Origin: Dehalococcoidia bacterium
Lineage (GTDB): Bacteria > Chloroflexota > Dehalococcoidia > Lucifugimonadales > CATQGZ01
Reading direction: 5' to 3'
DNA: 64,000 nt
Assembly (NCBI GenBank): GCA_965223945.1
Contig: CBDCXW010000003.1
Coordinates: 30,841 to 94,840 of the forward strand
Both the position numbers and the translations under genes were made by a program. This document shows, in pieces, positions 39,936 through 49,950 of this stretch. The notes under the pieces are model-generated. The model was not told the DNA's origin and did not search any database. It saw only the letters and a list, made by a program, of their open reading frames with translations. Position 1 is the first letter of the stretch, and each line of letters starts with the position of its first letter.

Positions 39936-40937
39936 CTAGCCGCCTGGAATGTGGCCGGTGGCCCGCAGGATCGTCTCCTGGACGAGGAGCTCATGGTCGA
40001 GGGACCGGTCGGGCTGTTTCTCGCCCCGGATGTCCTTCACGAAGGCCTCAAGCGAGGCGACGTACCTAGGGCGGGCCTCGAGACCGACGATCGACACGCC
40101 TGCCGGGTAGCCCCCGCGCGGCTCCGTCAGCGCGAGGCGAAGCGTGTCCGCCGGCTCCATGGGCTCCATTATGGCCGAGCCGACAGAGCCGTAGACCTCG
40201 AAGCGCCTGGCCGTCGGGGCCGGCTCCATCGCCGCGATGTCGACGATGGCCATGGCGCCGTGGTACTCGAACACGCCGAGGGTGTTGTTGGGAAAGCCTC
40301 TCGTCTCGATCACGTCCTCGCGAAGGAAGGACGTCACCCTGGAGGGCCGGCCGAGTATCCAGACGATCTGGTCCACCATGTGCGGGGCCAGGTCGTAGAA
40401 GATCCCGCCTGCCGGCAACCGGCTTGGGTCCTGGCGCTCGACCGGGATGTTAGTCGACATGTGGCCTCGTACCGCGAACACGTCCCCGAGGAAGCCCGAC
40501 CTGGCCCATTCCGCAATCCGGGTGAAGCCGTCGTTGTAGCGGAACATGTAGCCCAGCTGGACCAAGAGGCCCTTCTGCCGGGCGCTGGCAACCACCACCT
40601 CAAATCGGGGATAGTCGGCGCCGGCCGGCTTGTCGTAGAAGACGTGCTTTCCGGCGGCAACGATCTCCTCGGTATGGTCGAGACTCTCCAGGTTGGAGCC
40701 CTCCGAGGATATCGCGACGACTGTGTCGTCCTCCAGCATCTCAGCCTTGTCGTCCAGCCAGCGCACCTGCGACCAGGGAGCTTCGGCGGACGACTCCAGC
40801 TCGCGGCGCCTGTCGACATCCGGCTCGTAGAGGCCGACCACCTCGACGTCCGGGTTCGCCAGCATGACGCTCAGAACCCCGGCAGCGTGGGCATGCTTGG
40901 TCCCGTACTGCGCCATGCGAATCTTACGAGAGGCCAC
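39936..40937 (-). CDS. Gfo/Idh/MocA oxidoreductase; native start separated by IS1380
   Basis: KHVFYDKP, QLGYMFRY, DLAPH; original MTKTVASRK reconstructed across the IS. Confidence 0.85.
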   Translation of the reverse strand: MASRKIRMAQYGTKHAHAAGVLSVMLANPDVEVVGLYEPDVDRRRELESSAEAPWSQVRWLDDKAEMLEDDTVVAISSEGSNLESLDHTEEIVAAGKHVFYDKPAGADYPRFEVVVASARQKGLLVQLGYMFRYNDGFTRIAEWARSGFLGDVFAVRGHMSTNIPVERQDPSRLPAGGIFYDLAPHMVDQIVWILGRPSRVTSFLREDVIETRGFPNNTLGVFEYHGAMAIVDIAAMEPAPTARRFEVYGSVGSAIMEPMEPADTLRLALTEPRGGYPAGVSIVGLEARPRYVASLEAFVKDIRGEKQPDRSLDHELLVQETILRATGHIPGG

Positions 40938-40945
40938 AGTCTTAG

Positions 40946-42658
40946 CCCGAATCCACCGATGCGGAGCGGCCTTGGGGTTGGAACAAGGGGTGAGGGCCGT
41001 GGGACGCGACGGTCCGCGCTCGATTCCGATAAATGGGGCCGGTGGCGGCCTTTGGTTGTCGTTGGGGGCGCCGATGGCGGTCCTGGGCAGCGGCGCTGGG
41101 GCGGGGTCGGCGGGACAGCATGCAGGGGAAGACAATCGCGGACCGGGCCGGTGCGACTCTGTGGGTCGGTTGGGTAGTCTGGTGGACGTGTCAGGCGCCG
41201 TCGGTGCCGTCAGGCAGGCAATGGCAGGGCTCGCAATCGAGCCAGGGCGCGAGTGAACTGGGTTTCCCAAGGCCAGCCCTGTGGCAGATGCAAAGTGAGG
41301 CGGCGGGCCGAGCGGGTGAGCCGTCCGGCCAGGGAGAAGAAGCGCCGCCGGAGGGTCTTGGTGGTCACCACCCCCTCGTCCAGACCGATGCGCGCGGTCC
41401 AGCGGGCCAGGTTATGGGCCAGCACCTGGACGGCCAGCCATGCGCCGTTGGCGGGGAAGCGGCCCGAGGGGAGATGGTTGAGGCCGACGCCGTGCTTGAG
41501 GTCTCGGATAGCATTCTCAATCTCGGCGTGGCGGCGATGGTCGGCCTCCAGTTCCAGGGTTTCCCCGTCCCGGTCGGTGATGAAGCCGTGATAGCTGTAG
41601 CTGGCGAAGAGGGCCAGTTGGGAACCGGGCGTGGGCTTCACCCGCCGGACGATGAGCCGCACTGGGGCGGCTTCGGGCTCACCCTGGAAGGGAGTGTAGG
41701 TGGTCTCGGCCACGTCGGCGCCGCCGTCCATCCAGTAGGGGACGGGCGTCCAGTCCTCCTCGGGAATCGCCTCAATCAACTCCCTGAGGCGGGCGTGTTG
41801 GCGGATGGTGATGGAGAAGCGGACATCCATCTTGCGGCAGACGACGACCAGGGCGTGGGCATAGAAGCCGCTGTCGGCCCGCACCGTGAGTTGTCCTGTA
41901 GCCCCAGCATGGCGCACCCGGCCCACGGTCTCCCGCAGGAAGTGGGCGGCGCCCCGAACGGTGTTGGCGCGGCCCTCGCGCAGCCGAGACATCAGCACGT
42001 CGCCGGTGCCGGCGGCGATGGCCAGCAGCGGGTGATAGCCCCGCTGGCCAGTGTAACCATGGTGACGCGCCCCCTCCTTGGCCAGTCCGTAGGTCTCGCA
42101 CATGGTGGAGTCCAAGTCGATGGTCAACGGCCCTTCGCCGGGTCCCGCACCAGCGGCCCAGGCCCGGGACAGCAACTCCCGGCTCACCCGATCCAACTGG
42201 CGGACGTGGCCCCACCGGAAGCTGCGCAGGAAAGTTCCCAGGGTGGATGGCGCCTTGACTACGCAGCCGATGGCGCCAGCTGTCCCGCCGGTACGCAACA
42301 CGTCGGCGTCGTCAATGAAGTCGCCCCCAGCCAGCGCCGAGGCCACCAGGGTCAGCATCTTGTCTCCTGGGTTCGCTCGCCCCGGCGCGTCTCCCAGGTC
42401 GACGTGGCTGTCGACGACTTCACGCAGGCCCAGGTGCTGGGCTAGGGTCACCGGGAGGAGCAGCCCAGCATTGGCCACCAGGCGGTGGTCGTCGAAGGCG
42501 ATACGGATGCGGTCGGGATGGTTGCGTGCTAGCATCTATCGGGTGCTCCTTGTTCTGGGGTCGGCTTTGCTGTTTCAAAACCATTATCCCAGATTCACAG
42601 GAGCACCCTCTTGCCGCTTCAGGACACTGACCCGACGCCCTCCTTCGGTGGATTCGGG
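40946..42658 (-). mobile_element. IS1380-family element, copy 1
   Basis: TIR CCCGAATCCACCGA; flanks CTTAG/CTAAG; 1713 bp. Confidence 0.93.
41210..42535 (-). CDS. IS1380 transposase
   Basis: APSTL, IDLDST, GYHPLL, VRADSGF, HAEIENAIRDLK. Confidence 0.93.
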   Translation of the reverse strand: MLARNHPDRIRIAFDDHRLVANAGLLLPVTLAQHLGLREVVDSHVDLGDAPGRANPGDKMLTLVASALAGGDFIDDADVLRTGGTAGAIGCVVKAPSTLGTFLRSFRWGHVRQLDRVSRELLSRAWAAGAGPGEGPLTIDLDSTMCETYGLAKEGARHHGYTGQRGYHPLLAIAAGTGDVLMSRLREGRANTVRGAAHFLRETVGRVRHAGATGQLTVRADSGFYAHALVVVCRKMDVRFSITIRQHARLRELIEAIPEEDWTPVPYWMDGGADVAETTYTPFQGEPEAAPVRLIVRRVKPTPGSQLALFASYSYHGFITDRDGETLELEADHRRHAEIENAIRDLKHGVGLNHLPSGRFPANGAWLAVQVLAHNLARWTARIGLDEGVVTTKTLRRRFFSLAGRLTRSARRLTLHLPQGWPWETQFTRALARLRALPLPA

Positions 42659-42718
42659 CTAAGTCATGGCGCAATTCTAACAGCGGACATCGGCGCGTCA
42701 ACCGGCGGTTCGGCACGT

Positions 42719-43669
42719 CTATTCGCGGAGGCCGGCCATGATCGCGGCGAGCAGATCCATCGTCTTGACGGCCTGGCCCAGATCGGCGGCCGGCGGACCT
42801 ATGGGCCGTCCGCCCTTGACTGCGTCGAAGAAGTACCGGGCTTGCTCCACAGTGCCGTGCGAGCCGGTGTCTTCGATTTCGATTCGGCCACCGTCCTGGA
42901 CAACGTACCCCCGCTGTACTCCCTCCAGGTACGCGGAGACATCTCGACCGTGCATCTCGTACCTCTCCAGCCGGGCGCCGGTGGTGTAGTTGGCCGTGAT
43001 CTGGGCGACGCATCCGCTTTCGAACTCGACGAGCGCAGCGTGCACGTCCTTGTATCCGGAGAATCTCCGGCGGACAACGCTGTGCACCTGGGTCACCTCG
43101 GACGCGGCGAGCGCCCGCACCAGGTCGATGGCATGGATGGGGGACTCATAGAGCATGTTGTCCATGACATCGGGTGAGTATTGCCTGCGCGCCCCGACTT
43201 GGACCAAAGACTTGTGGAACGCGGCGACTATCTGCACGATAGGTCCTCTCGACTCCACGATCTCACGGGCGGCGGCGACCATGGGGTGGAAGCGCCGGTT
43301 CCAGGCGACCATTCCGAGCGCGCCGGTTGCGGCGGCCGCGTCCCTGAGCTCCTCAGTCTCTGCCGTGCTGAGTCCGGGCGGCTTCTCCAGCATGGTGCTC
43401 ACGCCGCGGCGGAGACAGGGCAGCGCCGCTACGGCGTTCAGGTGCGGGGGCACTGCGACGATGACCGCATCCAGCGTCTCCGCATCGAGCATCTCGTCGA
43501 CTGCGGCGTAGGACCCCTCCGGGGCGTACCTGGCCGCGGCTGCCCTGCGCGATTCGTCGGCGGGATCGCAGACCGCCGCCAGCGTCACGTCGTCGAAAGC
43601 GTCTATGGCGGCGAGGTGGTTCAGGCCTCTGGGACCGACACCAATAACCGCGACCCTGAGATTCGGCAT
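42719..43669 (-). CDS. Gfo/Idh/MocA oxidoreductase
   Basis: VAVIGVG, LEKP, NRRF, IHAID. Confidence 0.9.
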   Translation of the reverse strand: MPNLRVAVIGVGPRGLNHLAAIDAFDDVTLAAVCDPADESRRAAAARYAPEGSYAAVDEMLDAETLDAVIVAVPPHLNAVAALPCLRRGVSTMLEKPPGLSTAETEELRDAAAATGALGMVAWNRRFHPMVAAAREIVESRGPIVQIVAAFHKSLVQVGARRQYSPDVMDNMLYESPIHAIDLVRALAASEVTQVHSVVRRRFSGYKDVHAALVEFESGCVAQITANYTTGARLERYEMHGRDVSAYLEGVQRGYVVQDGGRIEIEDTGSHGTVEQARYFFDAVKGGRPIGPPAADLGQAVKTMDLLAAIMAGLRE

Positions 43670-43878
43670 GTCAGACCTCCGGACTCAGTGTACCGAAATC
43701 TTTGAAATGACGGGCAGTAATGGAGGGGTTGGATTTGGGTTCTACAACGACAGGGCGGGTTTGAAACCCGCCCCTACCAGGTCATAGTCTCGTAACCCTT
43801 CAATACCAGGGTGTTGAGCCCCTAGAGTCCCTTCTACCTGGCGGGAGAAGGGACTGGGCGGTCTGCTACAATCGCTCC

Positions 43879-44622
43879 ATGCCCAGCTACGGCGTCACTC
43901 TCCTGTCCGGCGGACTTGACTCCACCACCGTGGCGGCCTACGCGAAAGACCGCGTCGACAACATGTCGGCGATCACCTTCCACTACGGCCAGAGCCACTC
44001 CAGGGAGGTCGACTGCGCGGCACGAATCGCGGGCATCATGGGCATCGAGCACAAGCTCCTCGATATCTCCTTTCTCTCGGATGTCGCCTGGTACTCCGCC
44101 CTGACCAACCCCGACCAGTTCCCGGCGCCGTCGGGACGCTCCGGCGAGGAGATCGGCCACGGCGTCCCGATAACCTACGTCCCTTTGCGCAACACCATAT
44201 TCCTGTCGCTAGCGGCGGCCTACCTGGAGAGCCGGGTGCTGTACGCAATCGAGGTCGAGAGCGTCGACGCCTCGGAAGTGGCGGCCTCCGTGTACGTGGC
44301 CCCCAACGCGCTCGACTACAGCGGCTACCCCGACTGCCGCCCCGAGTTCTACGAGAGCATGAGGCGGACGATGGAGCTGGGCAGCAAGCTATGGACCGAG
44401 TACGGGGTGCCGATCAGGATCGAGACTCCGATCATCGACCTCACGAAGGCCGAGATAGCGACGCTCGGAACAAGGCTCGGGGCGCCGCTGGAGCAAACCT
44501 GGAGCTGCTACGAGGGCGGCGAGGTCCCCTGCGGCTCGTGCGACAGCTGCATCCTGCGAGCCAGGGGGTTCGCCGAGGCCGGCATGCCCGACCCCCTGCT
44601 CGTGAGCCTCGGCAGGGCCTGA
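43879..44622 (+). CDS. queC: 7-cyano-7-deazaguanine synthase
   Basis: LSGGLDS, YVPLRN, YPDCR, SCY, CGSCDSC. Confidence 0.95.
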   Translation: MPSYGVTLLSGGLDSTTVAAYAKDRVDNMSAITFHYGQSHSREVDCAARIAGIMGIEHKLLDISFLSDVAWYSALTNPDQFPAPSGRSGEEIGHGVPITYVPLRNTIFLSLAAAYLESRVLYAIEVESVDASEVAASVYVAPNALDYSGYPDCRPEFYESMRRTMELGSKLWTEYGVPIRIETPIIDLTKAEIATLGTRLGAPLEQTWSCYEGGEVPCGSCDSCILRARGFAEAGMPDPLLVSLGRA

Positions 44623-44624
44623 AC

Positions 44625-45332
44625 GTGCTTCGGGTGAGCCGGATGCCTTCGGGTGAGCCGGAGATATTCCGGTCGATCCAGGGCGAGGGCGTCTCGGCGG
44701 GGACGCCCTCGGTCTTCCTGAGACTGGGCCTGTGCAACCTCGCCTGTTCCTGGTGCGACACGAAATACACATGGGACTGGGCCTCGTACGACTACGACGA
44801 GCAGGTGATGCTGATCGACGAGACGGAGGCCGAGCGCCGGATACTTGGCTTCGACCTCCCGCACCTGGTCATCACCGGGGGCGAGCCCATGATTCAGCAG
44901 GCGGCCCTGGCGCCTCTGGCGACGTCGCTGAAGGGCAGGGGGTTCTCCTGCGAGTTGGAGACGAACGGAACGCTGGCGCCGGTGCCGGAGATGGTCGAGG
45001 CGGTGTCGCAGTGGAACGTGTCGCCGAAGCTCGACAACTCGGGCAACCCGCGTGGCCGCCGCGAAGTCCCGGAGGCGCTGTCGGCCTTCCGCAAGATTGA
45101 CTCCGCGTTCTTCAAGTTCGTCGTCACCGGGCCCTCCGATCTCGACGAGGTGTCCGCGCTGGTCGAAAGGTACGACCTGCCATCGGAGCGCGTCGTCCTG
45201 ATGCCGGAGGGGACCACGGCAGACGTCGTCAACGAGCGCGGCGCATGGCTGGCCGAGGCGTGCGCCGAGCGCGGATTCCGCTTCTCGACCCGGCTCCACA
45301 TCCTGCTGTGGGGAGACAAGCGGGGGCGGTAG
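44625..45332 (+). CDS. queE: 7-carboxy-7-deazaguanine synthase (radical SAM)
   Basis: SIQGEG, CNLACSWCDT, TGGEP, ETNG, VSPK, RLH. Confidence 0.95.
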   Translation: MLRVSRMPSGEPEIFRSIQGEGVSAGTPSVFLRLGLCNLACSWCDTKYTWDWASYDYDEQVMLIDETEAERRILGFDLPHLVITGGEPMIQQAALAPLATSLKGRGFSCELETNGTLAPVPEMVEAVSQWNVSPKLDNSGNPRGRREVPEALSAFRKIDSAFFKFVVTGPSDLDEVSALVERYDLPSERVVLMPEGTTADVVNERGAWLAEACAERGFRFSTRLHILLWGDKRGR

Positions 45333-45333
45333 A

Positions 45334-46116
45334 ATGGGGATGAGAGTCGCCGGTCTGACGTTAGTGTTGCTATGTCCGACATTGTTCGCAATCGTCGTCT
45401 GTGAAGACGAGGAGCGATCGCCAGTGTCTGATTATGCGGCGGAGTGGGGATACCACGGGCCGCTAGGGCCGCAGAATTGGGCCTCGCTGTCTGAAGAGTA
45501 CACAGCCTGCGGCGACGGCAAACAGCAGTCTCCGATCGATATCACCGGATATGACGAGGGAGACGCCGAGCCCATTTCGTTTTCCTACGACACGGACGCG
45601 ACAGCAGTGCGCAATGACGGCAAGGCCGTGTATGTCGACTACGCGCCGGGCAGCACTCTAAGTGTCGGTCGGCGAACCTTCGAGCTGAAGTCGGGACACA
45701 TTCACTCACCCTCGGAGCATCGAATGGACGGTGTGAGCCTCGCGGCGGAGCTGCATCTGGTACACACGGATGCGGATGGACAGATGGCAGTAGCGGCACT
45801 GCTGTTCAGACTGGGCGAGCCCAGCCCCACGGTGCAGGCGATTCTCGATGCCGCCCCGGCTGTCGGCGGTACCGTCCGCGGCAACACTACCCTCAATGCA
45901 GGCGGTTACACGCCCGGCGAGCTCGGCTACTACCGGTACGACGGCTCACTGACGACTCCTCCGTGCTCTGAGCCGGTCGAATGGTACGTATTGCGAGAGC
46001 CGAAGACTATCTCGCCGGAACAGGTTGCCGACCTACAGGCGCTGAGCAGCGGTCCCAACAATCGTCCCATCCAACCCGAGAGCACCCGCGTGATAGTAGC
46101 CGTCGGAGCGTCTTAG
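45334..46116 (+). CDS. Alpha carbonic anhydrase, secreted
   Basis: WGY, QQSPIDI, HIHSPSEH, ELHLVH, GSLTTPPCSE, NNRP. Confidence 0.93.
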   Translation: MGMRVAGLTLVLLCPTLFAIVVCEDEERSPVSDYAAEWGYHGPLGPQNWASLSEEYTACGDGKQQSPIDITGYDEGDAEPISFSYDTDATAVRNDGKAVYVDYAPGSTLSVGRRTFELKSGHIHSPSEHRMDGVSLAAELHLVHTDADGQMAVAALLFRLGEPSPTVQAILDAAPAVGGTVRGNTTLNAGGYTPGELGYYRYDGSLTTPPCSEPVEWYVLREPKTISPEQVADLQALSSGPNNRPIQPESTRVIVAVGAS

Positions 46117-46277
46117 AGAGCGGCAAACGGGACTAATGCGACGGTCACTTGGACAAACAACACCTGCGTTCCATATTCAAGGGCGTGGTTCTTGGCATAG
46201 TCTCTTTTCTGATTGTCAAACTAATGCAGCTATTGTCCACAGGCCACCGAGCGGGTAGATCATGTTTACTGACCTAG

Positions 46278-46356
46278 GGATGGTCTGAATAAGTCCGTGG
46301 ACTGCAGTTCCACACATAGTGAATTAAGCCGTGCTGATGGGTTATTCAGAGCATCC
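46278..46356. mobile_element. 79-bp IS5-like MITE (family C)
   Basis: TIR GGATGGTCTGAATAA/TTATTCAGAGCATCC; CTAG TSD. Confidence 0.85.
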
Positions 46357-46360
46357 CTAG

Positions 46361-46640
46361 GCATTTTTCTCTAGTGCCTGGATCGATGTCCTGCCGGGAT
46401 GCACTGCTTGGGGCCACACTCGAGAGGAAGCGCTCTTGGCGTTGCAGGACGCGGCGGATGCATACATCGAGGACATGGAGGATGCGGGGGGAAACATCCC
46501 CGATCGCGGGCTTGAGATCGTGGAGGCTCCCCTAGTAACTGTGGCTCGATGATTCCGCCTCCCCACATCCTTCGACATCTCAGAGGGGTAACCGCCCGCA
46601 ACTTCATCCGGGCACTGGAACGAGATGGTTCCATATTAGG
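46361..46640 (+). pseudogene. Degraded hicB-hicA-like toxin-antitoxin pair
   Basis: ..AWIDVLPGCTAWGHTREEAL..* (ends 46552), overlapping MIPPPHILRHLRGVTARNFIRALERDG (truncated). Confidence 0.75.
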
Positions 46641-46641
46641 A

Positions 46642-46877
46642 GAGGCTTGACGAACAGAACATAAGTCTGCATAATGAGAAGAGTCGCCCTAGACGCCGAG
46701 GCTGAAGCCCACACTCCGGCAATGGAAAATGAGACAGTTTCACAGAAAATCGCGGCCCCGCCCGAACAAACCCGCCCCGACTAGCTACAATCAGGTGTCT
46801 CGCATGTGTCTCGGAACTGTTTCACAACCGTCTCATAAGTGACTCATAGCTGTCTCGCAATTGTCTCTCGTGTCTCA
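46642..46877 (+). repeat. Non-coding element: promoter with LexA-like box plus 11-bp-phased TGTCTC array (copy 2)
   Basis: TTGACG(46647)-17-CATAAT(46670), AGAAC-ATAA-GTCTG; units at 46796, 46807, 46818, 46829, 46840, 46851, 46862, 46871. Confidence 0.8.
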
Positions 46878-46986
46878 CGGCCCTCTCCCGCCAAGGAGAG
46901 GGGGCAAAGGGGCAAGAGGCGGCCTTGACGCTTGACCCCGCCGACATATAATGAGGCGCATTCCCGCGTAGTCGAGGCCAACGTCC

Positions 46987-47774
46987 ATGCCCAAGTTCGC
47001 AGCCAACCTGTCCATGATGTTCAACGAGGTCGGATTCTTGGACCGGTTCGACGGGGCAGCGCGCGCGGGGTTTTAGGGGTGTCGAGTACCTCTTCCCGTA
47101 CGACTATGACAAGGACGACCTGGCCGAGCGCCTGCACTGGTACGAGCTGACCCAGGTGCTGCACAACCTGCCCGCAGGCGATTGGGACGCCGGCGAGAGG
47201 GGCATCGCTTGCAATTCCGACCGGGTCGGGGAATTCCAGGACGGCGTAGGAGCGGCCATCGAGTTCGCGACGGCATTGAAGTGCCCGCAGGTCAACTGTC
47301 TCGCAGGGATCCCCCCCGAAGGCGTCGACCCTGAGAGGCTGCGTGAGACGTTCGTGTCTAACCTGAAGTTCGCCGCCCCCAGGCTGCAAGAGGCCGGGAT
47401 CAAGCTGCTGATAGAGCCGATAAACACCCGCGACATACCGGGCTTCTACCTCACTAACACCTCTCAGGCCCGATCGATCATCGGGGAGGTGGGCTCCGAC
47501 AACCTTGGGCTGCAGTACGACGTGTACCACATGCAGGTCATGGAGGGAGATCTCGCCCCGACCATCGAGGGCAACCTGGGACCTGATAGAGCACTTCCAG
47601 ATCGCTGACACACCCGGCCGCCACGAGCCGGGTACAGGCGAAATCAACTACCCCTTCCTGTTCGACCTCATAGACCGCACGGGGTACGAGGGCTGGATAG
47701 GCTGCGAGTATAAGCCAGCCGATACGACCGAGTCGGGGCTGGACTGGGTGAGGCCGTACCTCGACAGCCTGTAA
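46987..47774 (+). pseudogene. hyi: Hydroxypyruvate isomerase with two +1 frameshifts
   Basis: MPKFAANLS.., [26 protein letters not shown]; extra base in runs near 47071 and 47578. Confidence 0.85.
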
Positions 47775-47881
47775 GAGGGTGTTTCGAGGACCTTCCCTAG
47801 TGGTAGGGAAATATCAGAGTCGAGGAGGGGTCGGTTCCCGACAGCTCTATCTTCACCCTCACCTCAATCCTCTCCCGTCAA

Positions 47882-48003
47882 GAGACCTTTGCGTAACCTA
47901 CCGGACGAGGCGACGTCGGGAGTTGTAAACGACACCATCCTAGCTAAGCCCCCACCCCTCTGGATACCGGCCTTCGCCGGTATGACGGTTGTGCAAAGGT
48001 CTC
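47882..48003. mobile_element. MITE family B inside a REP loop
   Basis: GAGACCTTTGC TIR, GTCAA duplicated. Confidence 0.88.
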
Positions 48004-48054
48004 GTCAAGGGAGAGGAGGCTCTGAGAGAACAACCCCTCGCAAACGCCTGTAAG

Positions 48055-49767
48055 CCCGAATCCACCGATGCGGAGCGGCCTTGGGGTTGGAACAAGGGGT
48101 GAGGGCCGTGGGACGCGACGGTCCGCGCTCGATTCCGATAAATGGGGCCGGTGGCGGCCTTTGGTTGTCGTTGGGGGCGCCGATGGCGGTCCTGGGCAGC
48201 GGCGCTGGGGCGGGGTCGGCGGGACAGCATGCAGGGGAAGACAATCGCGGACCGGGCCGGTGCGACTCTGTGGGTCGGTTGGGTAGTCTGGTGGACGTGT
48301 CAGGCGCCGTCGGTGCCGTCAGGCAGGCAATGGCAGGGCTCGCAATCGAGCCAGGGCGCGAGTGAACTGGGTTTCCCAAGGCCAGCCCTGTGGCAGATGC
48401 AAAGTGAGGCGGCGGGCCGAGCGGGTGAGCCGTCCGGCCAGGGAGAAGAAGCGCCGCCGGAGGGTCTTGGTGGTCACCACCCCCTCGTCCAGACCGATGC
48501 GCGCGGTCCAGCGGGCCAGGTTATGGGCCAGCACCTGGACGGCCAGCCATGCGCCGTTGGCGGGGAAGCGGCCCGAGGGGAGATGGTTGAGGCCGACGCC
48601 GTGCTTGAGGTCTCGGATAGCATTCTCAATCTCGGCGTGGCGGCGATGGTCGGCCTCCAGTTCCAGGGTTTCCCCGTCCCGGTCGGTGATGAAGCCGTGA
48701 TAGCTGTAGCTGGCGAAGAGGGCCAGTTGGGAACCGGGCGTGGGCTTCACCCGCCGGACGATGAGCCGCACTGGGGCGGCTTCGGGCTCACCCTGGAAGG
48801 GAGTGTAGGTGGTCTCGGCCACGTCGGCGCCGCCGTCCATCCAGTAGGGGACGGGCGTCCAGTCCTCCTCGGGAATCGCCTCAATCAACTCCCTGAGGCG
48901 GGCGTGTTGGCGGATGGTGATGGAGAAGCGGACATCCATCTTGCGGCAGACGACGACCAGGGCGTGGGCATAGAAGCCGCTGTCGGCCCGCACCGTGAGT
49001 TGTCCTGTAGCCCCAGCATGGCGCACCCGGCCCACGGTCTCCCGCAGGAAGTGGGCGGCGCCCCGAACGGTGTTGGCGCGGCCCTCGCGCAGCCGAGACA
49101 TCAGCACGTCGCCGGTGCCGGCGGCGATGGCCAGCAGCGGGTGATAGCCCCGCTGGCCAGTGTAACCATGGTGACGCGCCCCCTCCTTGGCCAGTCCGTA
49201 GGTCTCGCACATGGTGGAGTCCAAGTCGATGGTCAACGGCCCTTCGCCGGGTCCCGCACCAGCGGCCCAGGCCCGGGACAGCAACTCCCGGCTCACCCGA
49301 TCCAACTGGCGGACGTGGCCCCACCGGAAGCTGCGCAGGAAAGTTCCCAGGGTGGATGGCGCCTTGACTACGCAGCCGATGGCGCCAGCTGTCCCGCCGG
49401 TACGCAACACGTCGGCGTCGTCAATGAAGTCGCCCCCAGCCAGCGCCGAGGCCACCAGGGTCAGCATCTTGTCTCCTGGGTTCGCTCGCCCCGGCGCGTC
49501 TCCCAGGTCGACGTGGCTGTCGACGACTTCACGCAGGCCCAGGTGCTGGGCTAGGGTCACCGGGAGGAGCAGCCCAGCATTGGCCACCAGGCGGTGGTCG
49601 TCGAAGGCGATACGGATGCGGTCGGGATGGTTGCGTGCTAGCATCTATCGGGTGCTCCTTGTTCTGGGGTCGGCTTTGCTGTTTCAAAACCATTATCCCA
49701 GATTCACAGGGGCACCCTCTTGCCGCTTCAGGACACTGACCCGACGCCCTCCTTCGGTGGATTCGGG
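48055..49767 (-). mobile_element. IS1380-family element, copy 2
   Basis: Near-identical to copy 1; perfect TSD GTAAG. Confidence 0.95.
48319..49644 (-). CDS. IS1380 transposase
   Basis: Same protein as 41210-42535. Confidence 0.93.
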   Translation of the reverse strand: MLARNHPDRIRIAFDDHRLVANAGLLLPVTLAQHLGLREVVDSHVDLGDAPGRANPGDKMLTLVASALAGGDFIDDADVLRTGGTAGAIGCVVKAPSTLGTFLRSFRWGHVRQLDRVSRELLSRAWAAGAGPGEGPLTIDLDSTMCETYGLAKEGARHHGYTGQRGYHPLLAIAAGTGDVLMSRLREGRANTVRGAAHFLRETVGRVRHAGATGQLTVRADSGFYAHALVVVCRKMDVRFSITIRQHARLRELIEAIPEEDWTPVPYWMDGGADVAETTYTPFQGEPEAAPVRLIVRRVKPTPGSQLALFASYSYHGFITDRDGETLELEADHRRHAEIENAIRDLKHGVGLNHLPSGRFPANGAWLAVQVLAHNLARWTARIGLDEGVVTTKTLRRRFFSLAGRLTRSARRLTLHLPQGWPWETQFTRALARLRALPLPA

Positions 49768-49872
49768 GTAAGGCGCGGTAACCGGCGATTGTCCCTGCTA
49801 TACTGTGCCGATCCGGCGGGTACGCACGGGGGTCGTTGCGCTGGTCGTCCGATGTCAATGGACTGACGGCGT

Positions 49873-49937
49873 CTGGATTCCGGCCTCCGCCGGAATGACG
49901 AACCGGAAACTGGATTCCGGCCTAAGCCGGAATGACG
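49873..49937. repeat. Two tandem CTGGATTCCGGC..GCCGGAATGACG REP hairpins (also 34783-34810, 15923-15948)
   Basis: Palindromes with shared flanks. Confidence 0.85.
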
Positions 49938-49950
49938 GACTGGAGAGGGC

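Noticed and set aside
43800-45332. preQ1 riboswitch or a deazaguanine DNA-modification/defence island
   Set aside because: queC appears leaderless (TACAAT just before the ATG), and no dpdA, tgt or qat-like partners are adjacent
46987-47774. Programmed frameshifting in hyi
   Set aside because: Two single-base insertions in short homopolymers fit sequencing error or decay better
40946-49767. Composite transposon formed by two IS1380 copies around queCE and carbonic anhydrase
   Set aside because: Copy 2 has its own perfect TSD and the flanks of copy 1 rejoin into one gene, so these are independent insertions
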